From contig BDGG01000010.1 in NCBI GenBank assembly GCA_001949185.1, positions 225,337 to 289,336 on the forward strand: a stretch of DNA of 64,000 nt, given 5' to 3'. Source of the DNA: Ramazzottius varieornatus. Taxonomy: Eukaryota > Animalia > Tardigrada. Positions within the stretch are counted from its first letter, which is position 1; the number at the start of each line of letters is the position of its first letter. Positions 28,773 to 43,254 of this stretch are shown piece after piece. The notes under the pieces are model-generated. The model searched no databases and was not told the DNA's origin. It worked only from the letters and a program-made list of their open reading frames with translations. The position numbers were made by a program, and so were the translations under genes.

Positions 28773-31378
28773 ATGTCTTCGTTTCGGATAACCCTGCTTA
28801 GCTTGGAGAAAGGTATCCTCTTCTCCAAATCTCTCTCGCCTAAGTCCCTTGACTTCAGCTACACTCCGCTACGGAACCTCTGCCAGGATGCAGCCTTCAG
28901 AAGTATCTTCTCGAAGCCGGTAGATGGTAAGTTAAGAAGTCACAAGCGTCTGTGGCAATACTTGTAACGGAAATGTCCTGCGACGAATCATCCATTTCCG
29001 GTTGCGTTCCAACTAACCGTTTGTACCTCCTTCTTTCTGTCTGTCTTTCTAGGTTGGGTGAAGCGGATAGGTTGTCGCCACTATGCTGCAGCGGAGAAGC
29101 AAGTCTTCAAGCGGGACAAGCCACATTGCAACGTCGGAACGATCGGCCATGTCGACCACGGCAAGACCACTTTGACGGCTGCTATAACCAAAGGTTGAAC
29201 TTATCATTCGGAGGATGTGTGTCACTTTAGACCATTCGTCTCCTCGCCGATCATGAGTTGATGATGGTCTTTTTGATTGTAGTTCTGGCCGAGGAAAACA
29301 AGGCTGTCTTCGCCAAGTACGAAGATATTGACAATGCACCGGAGGAACGCGCTCGTGGTATCACCATCAACGCCGCGCACATCGAATATCAAACTGCCAA
29401 ACGCCATTACGGCCATACAGATTGTCCTGGCCATGCCGATTACATCAAGGTAACATTCTCATGTCTCTTTTTCTCAAGGTTCTTGGTACGATTGTGGCTG
29501 ATGATTTCGCAGAATATGATCACGGGAACGGCGCAGATGGACGGAGCAATTCTCGTAAAAAAACCCGCAAAATTATTTTGCTGTTGTTTTGTACGAAGTG
29601 AAATGGCTGTCGTGTAGGTTGTGGCAGCTACAGACGGTGTGATGCCCCAGACACGTGAACACATGATCTTAGCCAAGCAGATTGGTGTGGAGAAGATTGT
29701 GGTCTTCATCAACAAAGTGGACGTGGCTGACAAAGAGATGGTCGAGCTCGTCGAGATGGAAATTCGCGAGCTGATGAACGACCTGGGCTACAAGGGTGAC
29801 GAGGCTCCCATCATCCACGGTTCAGCTCTCCATGCTCTGCAAGGTACCGAGCCAGCCTTGGGCAAAGACGCCATCAAAAAGCTGCTGGACGCCGTCGACG
29901 ACTACGTTCCCATTCCCCAACGAGCACTCGACAAACCCTTCCTCCTACCCATCGAACACGTCCACTCCATTCCAGGTCAGACAAAACGGATCCTTTTTTC
30001 ACCCTTTGATAGTTTAACAATAGTTTAATTTTTGTGTACGGATTTTTATCATCTCGAAGCTCAGCAAACAAGTTCGAACAGATCGTTTTTAGAAGTGACG
30101 CGCGCCACTGTGAGCTATTACCACTGTAAGCGTGCGCCACTTGGAAAAGCGATGTTGTCGAGTTTGATTGTTTTCCCATGTGGCGCATGCTTGCGGCCAA
30201 CAAGACGAAATGGTGCGCCACTTGGAGAAGTCTTGCCTAGCTTGATTTATTTCCACTGTCTTGGGATTCATGCTCTTTCTTTTTCAGGACGTGGAACCGT
30301 AGTGACAGGTCTGCTAGAGCGTGGCGTGGTGAAGAAAGGCGACGCATGCGAGATTATAGGGTACAACAAGGTAGTAAAGACCACGGTGACGGGCGTAGAG
30401 ATGTTCCGGCAGATTCTGGAACGTGCGGAAGCAGGTGATCAGTTGGGCGCGCTAGTCCGAGGTATCAAACGAGACGACGTTCGACGTGGTATGGCTCTCA
30501 TCAAACCTGGTAAGCACTCCTTCAGAGACTGCTCTCTCCGTCGCTCCCCACCTCACGCTTTCGTTCTATGTTCACAGGCTCTCTCACACAGCATGATAAT
30601 CTTGAAGCCCAGGTTGGTGAAACCCTTTCTTCCTTCTCAGTACTCTTGCCTGATGCTTCTTGATAATTTCTTCTCTTAGGTTTATATCCTGACAAAAGAG
30701 GAAGGTGGTCGAAACAAGCCTATTCTCCAGCATTTCCGCCCGCAGATGTTCTGTAGGACGTGGGACTGTGCGGCGGAAATCCACCTCCTCCCGGGAAAAG
30801 ACATGTTCATGCCTGGAGAGAACGGCTTGTAAGTTCCCCAGCTTTGTGCGGAGACAAAATTGGACGAATTCAGCCAATCGTTTTCCTCAAGTTGCGCAAA
30901 CTCTCATCCACTCATGACGAAAATGTGCGCCACTTGGGAGAACTCGACAAGATTTTTTCCCCAAGTGGCGCACACTTTCGACCAGTAACAATAAAAACGT
31001 GCGCACTTTGAATGAACAATCTGAGTGAAGCCATCTGCGGACGCTGAAAATTTGCTAATGTTGGATTTCTTTCATCTCGGATTTCGTTGATTAATTTTTT
31101 AGCAATTATTTTCTCGTTTCAGGTTCAAAGTTCAGCTGAACAAGCAGATGGCGCTGGAAGTTGGTCAGCGTTTCACCTTCCGGGACGGGCAGCATACCAT
31201 CAGTACTGGTGTCATCACCAAGCTCCTACCTAACCTGACGGATGAAGAGAAGGAAGTGATGACGTTGAACAAAGAAAAGAAAATCAAGTTTATGGAAGCC
31301 AAAGCTGCCAAAGTCGCAGCGAAGGCTGCTCCTGCAGCTGGCAAAGCACCGGCCAAAGCAGTAGGCAAGGCTGCATAA
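28773..31378 (+). CDS. TUFM: Mitochondrial elongation factor Tu
   Basis: Transit-peptide-like N-terminus; [56 protein letters not shown]. Confidence 0.96.
30058..30250. repeat. Intronic palindromic repeat, two-stem form
   Basis: TUFM intron. Confidence 0.8.
30840..31045. repeat. Intronic palindromic repeat, two-stem form
   Basis: TUFM intron. Confidence 0.75.
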
Positions 31379-32180
31379 AAAGACCGTTTCCTCCTTTTCT
31401 GCTGTACAATATTAATTAGACCGTTTTTGTCTGTTTGGCCTCAGCGTTCACTATGGATTGATAATCTTTGACTTCCTTCGTCTCTGTTGCGAATGTAAAA
31501 ATGACGAAGTGTCCGAGAACCAAGTATGAAACTGTCGCTTCGGCTGATCGACTCGTTGTGAGGTGGACGAAACGAGGATTGCTTCCGGTGAATACGTATA
31601 TTTCAGCGAGCTTTGGTTGAATCTTCCTTGTTTTACAGAAAAGGGGGATCAGTGGGTCTGTGTCATCGTCGTAACTTGGCGCCGACACTGATTTCATTAC
31701 GATCATCGCAAACGGCACATCCTTTCCCCGTTTTAGAACCAAGAAGGATCAGACGCAAACATGCGTCGAGATGGAGAATATAAGGCTTTCTTGAAATTCA
31801 CTACGTCTGTTTTTCCGTAAAATTAATCGGTTCTTACCAAAGAACCAGACTTTTCCTGAACAGCGAAAGAATCTGGGCACTCGACAAACATAAACTCCAT
31901 TGTTCTGATGTGGAGGAAAAAGTGATCGTCACGTCTGCAGATTTTCAAAATGTGTAGAATGGTTCGTGACTGTCGGCTTTCAAGGCGGCGACGCCAGACT
32001 GGCTTTTCTTTCCGCACAGCTCGGTTGATTTTCTGCTCCGTCCTCAAGGTTATGGGTGTCGTAACGAAGGAACCGGTGTACTTCCGGGTTATCCAAACTC
32101 TCGAAGAACTTCACTTTCGGCGGCGGAAAGAAAGCTCCCCTCTTCGGTTCTCCCTGTGTTCTACTACCGACTGCTTCGAA

Positions 32181-34098
32181 ATGCTGCTAGCTTACGACAA
32201 CGATGTCATCCGTATTCCAAGACATCTCCGACGGACCTTCCAGAACGAACTCCGGCCCAATAGGGCATCCGGAAAGGCAACAGGCTCTCAGATGAAACCG
32301 GAAACTGCGGCCAGCGTTGCGGCAAATCCTACTCCTGATGATCCGCTAATCAACGACCCAGCCGTTAATTCGCCTCCGGTATCACCAGGTTCGGGTGCAA
32401 TATCTAACCATAATAACCTGAGAATTCGCGCATTACGTCATCGACTAACATGACAAAGTCCGCCAATTCAGCCATGTACTGTGACGCCGAGCGCTAAGTA
32501 CTACATACAGTGTGGCAACTGGTGTAACTACTGTTTTCGCAGCAAGGGCTCGACTCTAGCCCTTCCTTCGACGCTTTCTCTACCAACCTCGACGCCTCTG
32601 GAAAGGGTTCCCTAGCCTATAGTGACCAACAGGATGGGACCCCTCGCTTTACACCGGAAATGGTGGACGATACGGTCGTCGTACCGCCTTATTCCCTGGA
32701 GGACCTTCGTTCACTCAGTTCTCGACTGAACGCCGACGATACTTCCCTCGGGCTAGAAAACTGTCACGCCTTCAATCGTCATTTTTACAACGACCAGAGG
32801 AACTTCCTGGATGTAACTTCGGGAAAGAGAGTGTACGTTCCGCAGAAGCAACTCTTCAAAGAGAACGCACTAGCGAGCGATCCTCTACAGAAGAACCCAC
32901 TGGCTAGTGTGGCCAAGTCCCTACTTCCGGTTGAGCCTCAACCTAGAATCAACGATGGGGTGCCAATTTCTCATCAAGCTTCCTTCATCCCCTTCCCGGA
33001 AACCATTTTGGAAGATGGCGGAAACAGACTGCGGTGGGGAGAGACCTCTTGCTGGGACTTTGCCTTGAAGAAACCATCGTCGACCCATTCGACTCTTTCT
33101 GCGGTTCCCAGTCTGATTCCTTTGCAGTTAATCAGCCAGAATCAGTTGCAGAGTCAGATGCAACTTCCGAGTCCCTCGCAGAAGCTCAGCCAAACTCAGA
33201 TGCCAAGTCAGTCGAACCTTGCTAGCCAAGCTCATCTCCTTCCAAATCCCTCGCAGTTACCCAGTCACACTACAGTACATAAAACAAAAGAACCGGACTT
33301 CAAATGGATAACGCATGGAGAGTTCAGTATCGAAGCTGCAATAAATAAGCTGAAAGACTTCTTTCAACACGTGAGGAAAAGCAGTGACAGCTCGAGAATT
33401 AACAAGTTAAACTAAGTTGTTTTCTCACGTGGCGCACGTTCGCAGTGTTTTTAGCCACAAGGGTGCACCCTTGGAACACGATCTTGTCAGAGTGATTGTT
33501 GAACCAAGTGGCGCAGAATTTGGCCATTGTTGGCTAGAAGCGTGCGCCACTCGGAAAAGCGATCTTCTCGAGTTCGTTTGCCCAGCTCCGCATTAGCACA
33601 GTTTCTCTCCGTGTAGATCCGCGTGTCTGGGAACTGTTTTCATCTGATCCGGTAATTTCAGAGATGGCAGCACGGTTCGGAATGGCGAGTTCATATCGAG
33701 CTCCTGACCAAGAAGATCAAACCCGGAAACGTGACGGCGTACGTCTTTGAGACCTGCTGGAGCGTCCCAACCAGGAAGAAACCTGTTCCTGATGGTGTGG
33801 CTTCCGTCTTCTTCATCATGGACGTTTGCGCCTCGAAGAAGCCGGTCAGTACTCTTCTTTCCTTCGGTTCGCCCACCTACAGTTACAGGATATTACTCAG
33901 ACGTTAACGCTTCCTGTCAACCTGCAGGAAGCGCCAGTGATTGTATCATGCCACTTCGAAAACAGCCCGATGATTTTCGATCCGCTCAAAATCAAGTTCG
34001 GCTCGGATGTCCTGATCGACATCATGGAACGGAAACGCGTCTTGGCTGACCGACTAATTTACTCAGGCGATTCAATGACTTCTTTTCCTGAAATCTAG
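32181..34098 (+). CDS. AKAP14: AKAP14/AKAP28-domain protein with a long N-terminal extension
   Basis: C-terminal FKWITHGEFSIE...|RWQHGSEW...YVFETCWSVPTRKKPVPDGVASVFFIMDVCASKKP|EAPVIVSCHFE...KF resembles AKAP14 (IKWMTHGEFTVE...WSISTA..P...[20 protein letters not shown]). Confidence 0.72.
33390..33590. repeat. Intronic palindromic repeat, two-stem form
   Basis: AKAP14-like gene intron. Confidence 0.8.
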
Positions 34099-34218
34099 AA
34101 GAAGGAGAACTGAGACAGAAAGGATAATTGGTAATAAATCTCTGTAAAACAAGAAAGCTGAGCAGAAACACCAGAAGTAAATTTTCCCCAAATTCGACAC
34201 AAAATATTGTGGAAGAAT

Positions 34219-35846
34219 TTATCGCTTACGGTTGTAAGAGTCTATCAAAGAAAGCGCACCAGCTAACGGCGTGATTCGCCCTTGCTGGACATCCTTTTCC
34301 ACCTCATGCCGTAGCCTCACTATTTCCGGATCGGCATGGAAGGCACTGCGAAGATGCTCATCCACCATCCTCCACATTCTCAGCGAGTTCTGCTGAGCTC
34401 TTCGCTTCGTAAATTCATCGCTGCTAAGGGAAGCGTCCCGAAACTTCAGCATTGTCAGCCAGGATTCTCTCACTCCCTCTCCCTTAACCGAAGATATTCT
34501 CTGAACCTAACAAGGAAGCAGTGAGATGAAGATGAGATTGGTTAAACGAGAACGTAAACCGGAGCTCGACCAACAAACTCGACAGGACTGTTTTCCCAAG
34601 TGGCTCATGGTTTCATTGCTAATGGCAGTAAGTGTGCGTCACTTCGAAAGCAATCTTGTCGAGTTCCCAAGTGACGCACCATTTCACTATTATTGGCTGG
34701 CAGCGTGCGCCACTTGGATAAGCGATGTTGTCGATTTCGATTGCTCAGGTCCCTTTTACCTTGGAGGTCCACGAAGAACTCTCAGGCGTCATGAACTTCA
34801 GAGCACTGATATACTCAGCTTGCGTCCTTCTGGCAGCTGCTATCAAATCGCCATCAGCTTTATTGACCAGGACCAAGTGACTGAGTTCCATGATACCTCG
34901 CTTCACAGCCTGCAACTCGTCTCCACCACTCGGTGGTATCACCAGCACAAACATGTCTACCATGTCTGCCACCACGTACTCGTTCTGTCCAGAACCTGGT
35001 GACAATGCATCCACAAGGTAATTAAGAAGTCACGAGCAAAGAGAATAGATGAAGGCTTACCAACTGTTTCGACGAAGACGATATCGAAGCCGGCTGCTTC
35101 CAACAGTAGAATCGCTTCGGAAGTCGTTCTGGTAACTCCACCGAGAATTCCGCTGGTTGGCGAAGGTCGGATGAAGGCTCGAGGGTTTTTGGAAAGGTTC
35201 GGCATTCGGGTCTTGTCGCCGAGTAAGGAACCTGAAACAAGCGGGGATTTTAGTACGGTTTCGACGGATCAACGGTTTCAATTTCCCGTTACTATCTTTA
35301 GTGAAAGGAAGCTGGACCTCCAGTTATCCGCGAAGAAGGATCTACAGTCAAGCAGCCAACCTTATGTCCATTCTCCGTCACATGCGAGCCGATGGAGTCC
35401 AGGAAGGTGGATTTTCCTGCACCAGGAGGCCCCGAGATTCCTGTAAGATAAAAAGAACAGAGGTAAGTATCGAGTACGAGTACTATACAACGACACAAGC
35501 ACGAGTAACGCGTACTGACATACAAGCCTCGTAATGCTTGATTGAAATTGTTGATTGGCCAATAGCAGGTCACCAACAATCAAGTGAACAGCAGATTACC
35601 GATTCGGAAGGATAAAGCAGCTTTCCCATGTTGCGCGATGCGTTCCTTCTCCAAGCTGAGAACGGCAGCCAGAAGCTGCTGAGCTGCTCGTTGTTTAGTG
35701 AGGTTGGAAGTTTCAATCAAAGTGATGGCTTCCGCTAAACACGCTCTGTCTGCGCGAAGCAATCCCGCCAGCAATCGCTCCACCAGTCCATCATCTACTT
35801 TGGTCCCAAGATGCGCAGCGACGTTGCCGAACCGTCTAGCGAGCAT
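34219..35846 (-). CDS. MMAA: Methylmalonic aciduria type A GTPase (MeaB/ArgK family)
   Basis: [13 protein letters not shown]; [13 protein letters not shown]; [19 protein letters not shown]; [14 protein letters not shown]; VETVG; [14 protein letters not shown]; VNKADGDL. Confidence 0.95.
34562..34745. repeat. Intronic palindromic repeat, two-stem form
   Basis: MMAA intron. Confidence 0.8.
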
Positions 35847-36011
35847 TCTCTGGAGTGTGTTTCGTCGGCCAGGGGTCAAATGATGTCGCCGCCGAATCTG
35901 CAAACGCCAAACGATAAGAGACGCTCAAGCTCGTTTCGTCTGCTGGTGAGTACTCAGTACTTCAGTAGAACTTGAACTTTTCGACGTCGCGGACTCGTGA
36001 TGTTGTATTTT

Positions 36012-37472
36012 GAATTTTTCAGGTCGAGCGAAGCGATGTCCTTTTAAGCCTGTCGAGATTTCAATGGACGATCAGATTCTTCGAGCTTCACATATCGCAA
36101 ACTCTGTACTGAAAACAAATACGTAACTTGATCCGAGTAGCAAAAGTTTTTACTCGCAAGTGCAACGTAACGCAGTAGAAATGTGTGGTCTATAGCGCTG
36201 GCAAAAGTACGATAAAGTTCGATACCATACTTTTCGATACAATATCGGCGGATATTTTATCGCGGTCTTATATATTCATTCGATATCGATATTTCGATAC
36301 GATATTTTTCCGTTACCGTATTTCCGATATATCGTATCATATCGCAGCGATATATCGATCTTTCTGGAATTTTAGTTTTTTGGAATTCCACTGGTTCAAG
36401 CCCAAAAACTCATAAAGCCGATTTCCACATGAACTATTAGTAAGATCGAAAGCGTCGGATGCAGCAAAGACATGATTATACCAAGACTTCAAACACATGG
36501 AAATCTGGACAGAATTAGTACCAGAACCGAATGGGTGGACTGTGCTCGGTTACACCATGGCCAAAATCGAGTTTTGGAATCAACCATGGTCTTCCGTAAA
36601 CGAGATATCACTGGCGAGTTTGCCATTCAGCGAAATACCGATACATCGAAAATATAACGATATGGCGCGATACGATATCGCCGAATATTTTATTGCATTA
36701 TTCAATACGAGTTTCATATCGATATTTTCGATACGATATCTGCCGCATATCTTATCGCAAAGATTCGATATATTTCGACACGATATCGGTATACCGTATC
36801 GTTGCCAGCACTAGTGGACTGGCCATAATCTTTTGCCTCTTTTGCTCGGCCTTCCCAGTAGTCAGAATCACTTCTGTATTCTCTCCGGAAATGGATGCAC
36901 GTCACTCAATTCAAAATCAATCCAATCAATTCAGAGAGTTCAAATTTTGCTTGGTTCAGTTATGAAATCAGGTGTTCACATTTTGCGAGTTTTAGTTGTC
37001 TTCTGTTTATTCTGAATTTTATCTGTTAGAGTTTCGTGGCTTACCGTGTTAACCATTCTGTCTCAGCTGTCGTGTGATGTTAGTTTTCTCTGTGAGCTGT
37101 CTCTTACTGTAGTTTGAGTCCATAAAACGGCTAATAAAGCTGTCCGTAAATACGTCAAGATCTGACGCCATGCTGGCTTTCTGTAACAACTACGCTAACA
37201 CTCTAGTGAACCAGATATTAGTGACGTACATCCATTTCCGGAGAGAATACAGTAGATAGTTAGTTTACTAGCTAGTGGTTCTGACCACTGGGAAGGCCGA
37301 GCAGAAGCAAAGAGGAACAAGTTTTGCGAGTAAAAACTTTTGCTACTCGGATCAAGTTGCGCACTTGTTTTCAGTACAGAGGTTGCGATCTGTGAAAGCT
37401 CGAACAATCCGATCGTCCATTTAAATCTCGACAAACTTAAAAGGACCTGGCTTCGCTCGGCCTGATAAATTT
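36012..37472. repeat. Degenerate inverted duplication (arms ~36012-36160 plus ~36830-36906 versus ~37220-37472)
   Basis: AACTTGATCCGAGTAGCAAAAGTTTTTACTCGCAA and CTGTATTCTCTCCGGAAATGGATG are each present in both orientations; the left arm is split by a MITE. Confidence 0.8.
36193..36813. mobile_element. hAT-type MITE with TIR TAG(C/T)GCTGGCAA and CGATA/TATCG subterminal repeats
   Basis: 12-bp TIR; 8-bp flanks GTGGTCTA/GTGGACTG (6/8); dense CGATA(T) arrays at both ends. Confidence 0.8.
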
Positions 37473-38003
37473 TATTCGATTTTCGGCTTTCTACCGAGTT
37501 TCTCGGATATGAGAAGATTCCTACGCTTTTCGATCAGGTATGAAAACATGATCTTCTTCGTTTCACTGCGGTGAACCGTTCGTTTCTGATGACGAACAGC
37601 AGGAGGAATCAGTTTCAATTGATTTCTGAGGTTTTATCGCATAGTAACCAACTGGGCGCTGTGGGCAGCCATTCCCTGTTGAAAGTGCCACGCGACCAAT
37701 CAAAAGCGCTGTTTTTGAGTTCACGCAGCCAACGAGGTGACGGGCCATGTTCGTCCATATGGTTGGCCATTTTCGCGCTGCTGCTATAGTGAAGAGGAGA
37801 AAAAAAATTTTGATCCTTCAAACTGCCGGCCTTGAGGAAGATTCTGTCGGTATCCTCTAGGCAACACAAGAACATTCCGTCGGAACTGAGTTCATTCCAT
37901 TTGTGACCGGGAACTGCAACTGACGTAAGTACATCCGTAGACGTTGCTCTTAGGATTTTTCCTGACTCTCTGACTGGATTGTGTGGGCTTTTTCTGCAGA
38001 AGA

Positions 38004-38339
<336 letters not shown>

Positions 38340-38821
38340 AGTAGATGAGCCAAACGGATGCTGCTTGTTTTACATCGTCTGATTGATTGATTGATATGAT
38401 TTCGTTACGATCTTTTCGCGATTTTTATGCCGTTTCAGTTGCCGTCTCTCATAAAATGTACCAAGAAGCAAAGCAAATCGTATTTCGTGCTACCTGATCA
38501 GTAATGCCTTCTTTTCCGCGAAGGTTTTTATCTGTTTGGCTCTCGTAGTCCTATTTGCAAGTATTTCTTCGTTTGAACTTTGAAGCTAACTTAAATGAAC
38601 CGTTACTTGAGCATGTAAGACGATCCAAGAATAGCTTGCCGTTGGTTCCCAGCCGTTGTTTTAGAAGCTTGGCTGGTTGCGTAATTTTACGAGTAGGTTT
38701 TGGACTCTAGCTTTCTTCCGGGCGATCGTGGTTGATTTGAGGGAAGACCAGGAAAGCTTTCGAGTCTCGACTCCGGAGCTTCGACGACAGAGCTCAACAT
38801 CCGTCTGGCTGAGCTAGCACA

Positions 38822-38865
38822 TGACGTCATTTGGCAGCCTCATTTGGCAGCCTCCGCTGACGTCA
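38822..38865. promoter_or_regulatory. Two perfect CRE palindromes flanking a 13-bp direct repeat
   Basis: TGACGTCA at 38822-38829 and 38858-38865 with CATTTGGCAGCCT twice between them; TATAAAA at ~39110 upstream of the Gly-rich gene. Confidence 0.55.
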
Positions 38866-39365
38866 TCCTTAACTTCGTGCACCAAATGCACGCTGGTGCC
38901 AAGTCGCTCGACCACGTACGACTACATCATCCGGCTAGTTTCAATGCGACTCTCGAGTCTCGGCTGTCTGGCGTGGACCTGCCTAACATGACGTAGCGCA
39001 CGTGTGTATCGTACGCCTGCTGGCCAACGTCCAGGCACGAAAAGAGCAATAAAAGGAAGAGGCTGGCCTTGCAGCTTCCGTGGGGAATTACCTACCGAGT
39101 TTCGAAAGATATAAAAGGCGCTACTGATAAAGCAGACTTCGTCAGTCTGTCACTTTCCTCAGCAGCGCCCCTCTCACTTTCAATTTTATTCGTTTTATTC
39201 CCCTGTCAAGGATTTTGCTTCCTGATTTCCTCATCTCTAATATCTGAAGTTTCGTCCACCCTACATCAGCAAGGTGGGTACTTCCTTCTACCTTTTCTCT
39301 TTCGTTCCCTTGCTTCCAGGTGCTGATTAGTGTCTAGGAATCGTGCCTTATTCTGTACTTGCAGA

Positions 39366-39823
39366 ATGTCTTCGTGGGCTCTCTTTCTCCTTTCCGTCCT
39401 GCTCATCGGAGTGGCCCTCGTTCCGGACAGCGAAGCCTGGCGTGGTGGGGGCCGGGGCCGTGGAGGTTGGGGACGTGGATATGGAGGCTGGGGCGGCTAT
39501 GGTGGATGGGGAGGTTACGGTGGATGGGGAGGATACGGAGGATGGGGGGGATACGGAGGATGGGGGTACGCTGGCTTTATTTGCGGGTTCTGTTTCTGGG
39601 TTCTGTTTCTTGGTCCCCTGGCTTAAAGTCCCTTCCTGGTCGACTGGAGGGGCCTCGGTCGACTGTGATAGGATGGGACGCTGGAGTTTCCGGGTTCTCT
39701 CTTCCACCTCCTGGAACTTCCTGCTTTAATCTCATGGGTGCTTTTCTTTTTTCCAGAGGTCCAGGCCTTTACGGCGGATATGGTCTCTATGGTCCTGGCT
39801 ACGGTGGCTTCTGGAGGAAGTAG
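39366..39823 (+). CDS. Secreted Gly/Tyr/Trp-rich peptide (NLP-29/caenacin-like YGGWG repeats)
   Basis: MSSWALFLLSVLLIGVALVPDSEA|WRGGGRGRGGWGRG(YGGWGG)x4YGGWG|GPGLYGGYGLYGPGYGGFWRK*; one coding intron. Confidence 0.85.
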
Positions 39824-40569
39824 GTTGTTTTGACCCCCATCTTGTTGAGCTGTGCTCGGATGGTCATCTCGTTTTCTAGTCTTGTTCCTCCTCTGTGATA
39901 GATCTGACTTTTTTATCTAATTTTATTACGAGGTACTTTTGTACAGTCGAAACCGTTTTTATCCTTGTGGAAGATGCCTTCTTTTGCACTCGTTTTGTGA
40001 GTTTTCCTTGATGAAATTGCACGAGGTTATCCTAGTGTCCGAGTTCGCTGTAAGGTAGCGCATGGAGGTTCAAGAGACTCGAAGTCTGGTTTCGAAGAGG
40101 TATTAGGAAGAGCAAGACGGGGTACTGACTTTGATTTTGCCCTAAAGAATCAACGGAAGTCTGTCGGGGATGTGCCAGACTGTAACGTGATGGTTTGACG
40201 TTACAACGTTTCCACAGTTATTCAGTCATCTTGCAGTTTCGACGGTTCTCTGCTTTGACGTCATGAGGCAGTTTACAGTACAGCGCAAACTGGCGCCTGA
40301 AACTTATCCGTTTGCAAATACAGACTCCTCGCCACAAGTGGAGACTTCCGCTTTTCTTTTTATTCGCCCCACAGTCGAGACTCGAGGAAACAGAAATTCT
40401 GAGTCAGCTTTCGAGCTTCAGACTTTGGCTGCGATTCAAAGGTATCACATCCTTGTGGTAAATCTCTGGACAGAAATCCCGCAAAAGAGCGAAATATTCC
40501 CACACAAAAGAATCGTCTGAAACGATGAACAATTCAGAAATGCAGTGTCAGATACCTCTCAGTGAAATA

Positions 40570-41970
<1,401 letters not shown>

Positions 41971-43254
41971 CTTGAGCCAAGAAGAACATGAAGGGCTGTC
42001 TTGGAGTCGGAAGTCTTGCAAGTTGCAAGTCGAGACGAAAGAGGCGAAGATTTGAGGAAAAGTATTATAGAAATTGCAAAAGAAGGCAAGTGCAGCGGTG
42101 GACGGGTGATATATTCAGTGGATTATCCAAAACACGGAACGGCTTCGCAACCTCAAGCGCAGTCCAACTTTGGAACGGCGCTCAGTCGATTGATAGTTTT
42201 CATATGAAAAATACAGTTCCGAATGTCGTTCGAACACCAGGTCTCTTGTTCATTAGAGGTAGAATTCGCGCACTGATGATAAGTTTGCCCGTTGATATTG
42301 CGAGAGCTCCGCCCAAGAGGCTGGCCTTCCAGCGGAGCTTTAGAATGAATAATAGACCACTTGAGTCATCGTAGAAAGCTGTTCAGGCATTCTAAAGCCC
42401 TTAGATTGAGGCAAACTATAGCAAGCCTCAGCTTATGGCGGAAGATCAGAGAGAAATTTCTTGACACCGAAAGTGGTATCTACCATTGGTCATCTGCTAT
42501 ACGTACTGGCATAGCACATTATTATACCCTGTTGAATGCTGATCGTGCAGTGCCGTCAAGTGGTACTATCAGCAGGGTTATCAGTTCCATATTAATCAAT
42601 ACGCCAACATCTGCGAATGATAAGTACAGAATCGATTGATCGAATCCGAAATCACCACTCATGACTCATCAAAAACTTGGAAAAACTCGTTAAAACAATT
42701 AGAAAATTCAGAAAAGATCGGGGAGTCATCCTGAGTAAAGGATCGTGCTGTCTGGAGCTCGAGCTTCCTCTGATGAGTTCGCGATTCAGAGACCCTTGCG
42801 TAGTAGGCTGAATAAATCATCCGTCCACCGCTTAGAGCACGCAATCTGGCTCAGGGGCGCGTGGAGGTCCCGCGGATGGGTAAGGCCGATCAGCCTGTGA
42901 GGCTGGGAAAACCATGGTTTTGAGCCTCGAGGCTGACGAAAACTGTGAAGGAGCTTCACGAGGCTGAAAAAAACGAAAAAGCAGTATGGTACGCAAAAAG
43001 AATAATTCTATATGGAGCGTCATATAAAAGTACCTTGGTTTCTATTTGTCAATTTCACAGGTGGTGGTTACGCAGTTTCACGGTAAACTGAGCCTAATGA
43101 AGAGTTAGATCATCATAGAAACGTAGGAAAGTATAAAACATTAAGAGATAAGACAGAAAAATAGGTAAGACTGGAAACTAACAAAAGAAAGAAGAAAGAA
43201 GGAGACAGCAGAAGGAAAAGAAAAAGCAGGAGGGTCTCTGGCCCGCTGGACGCC

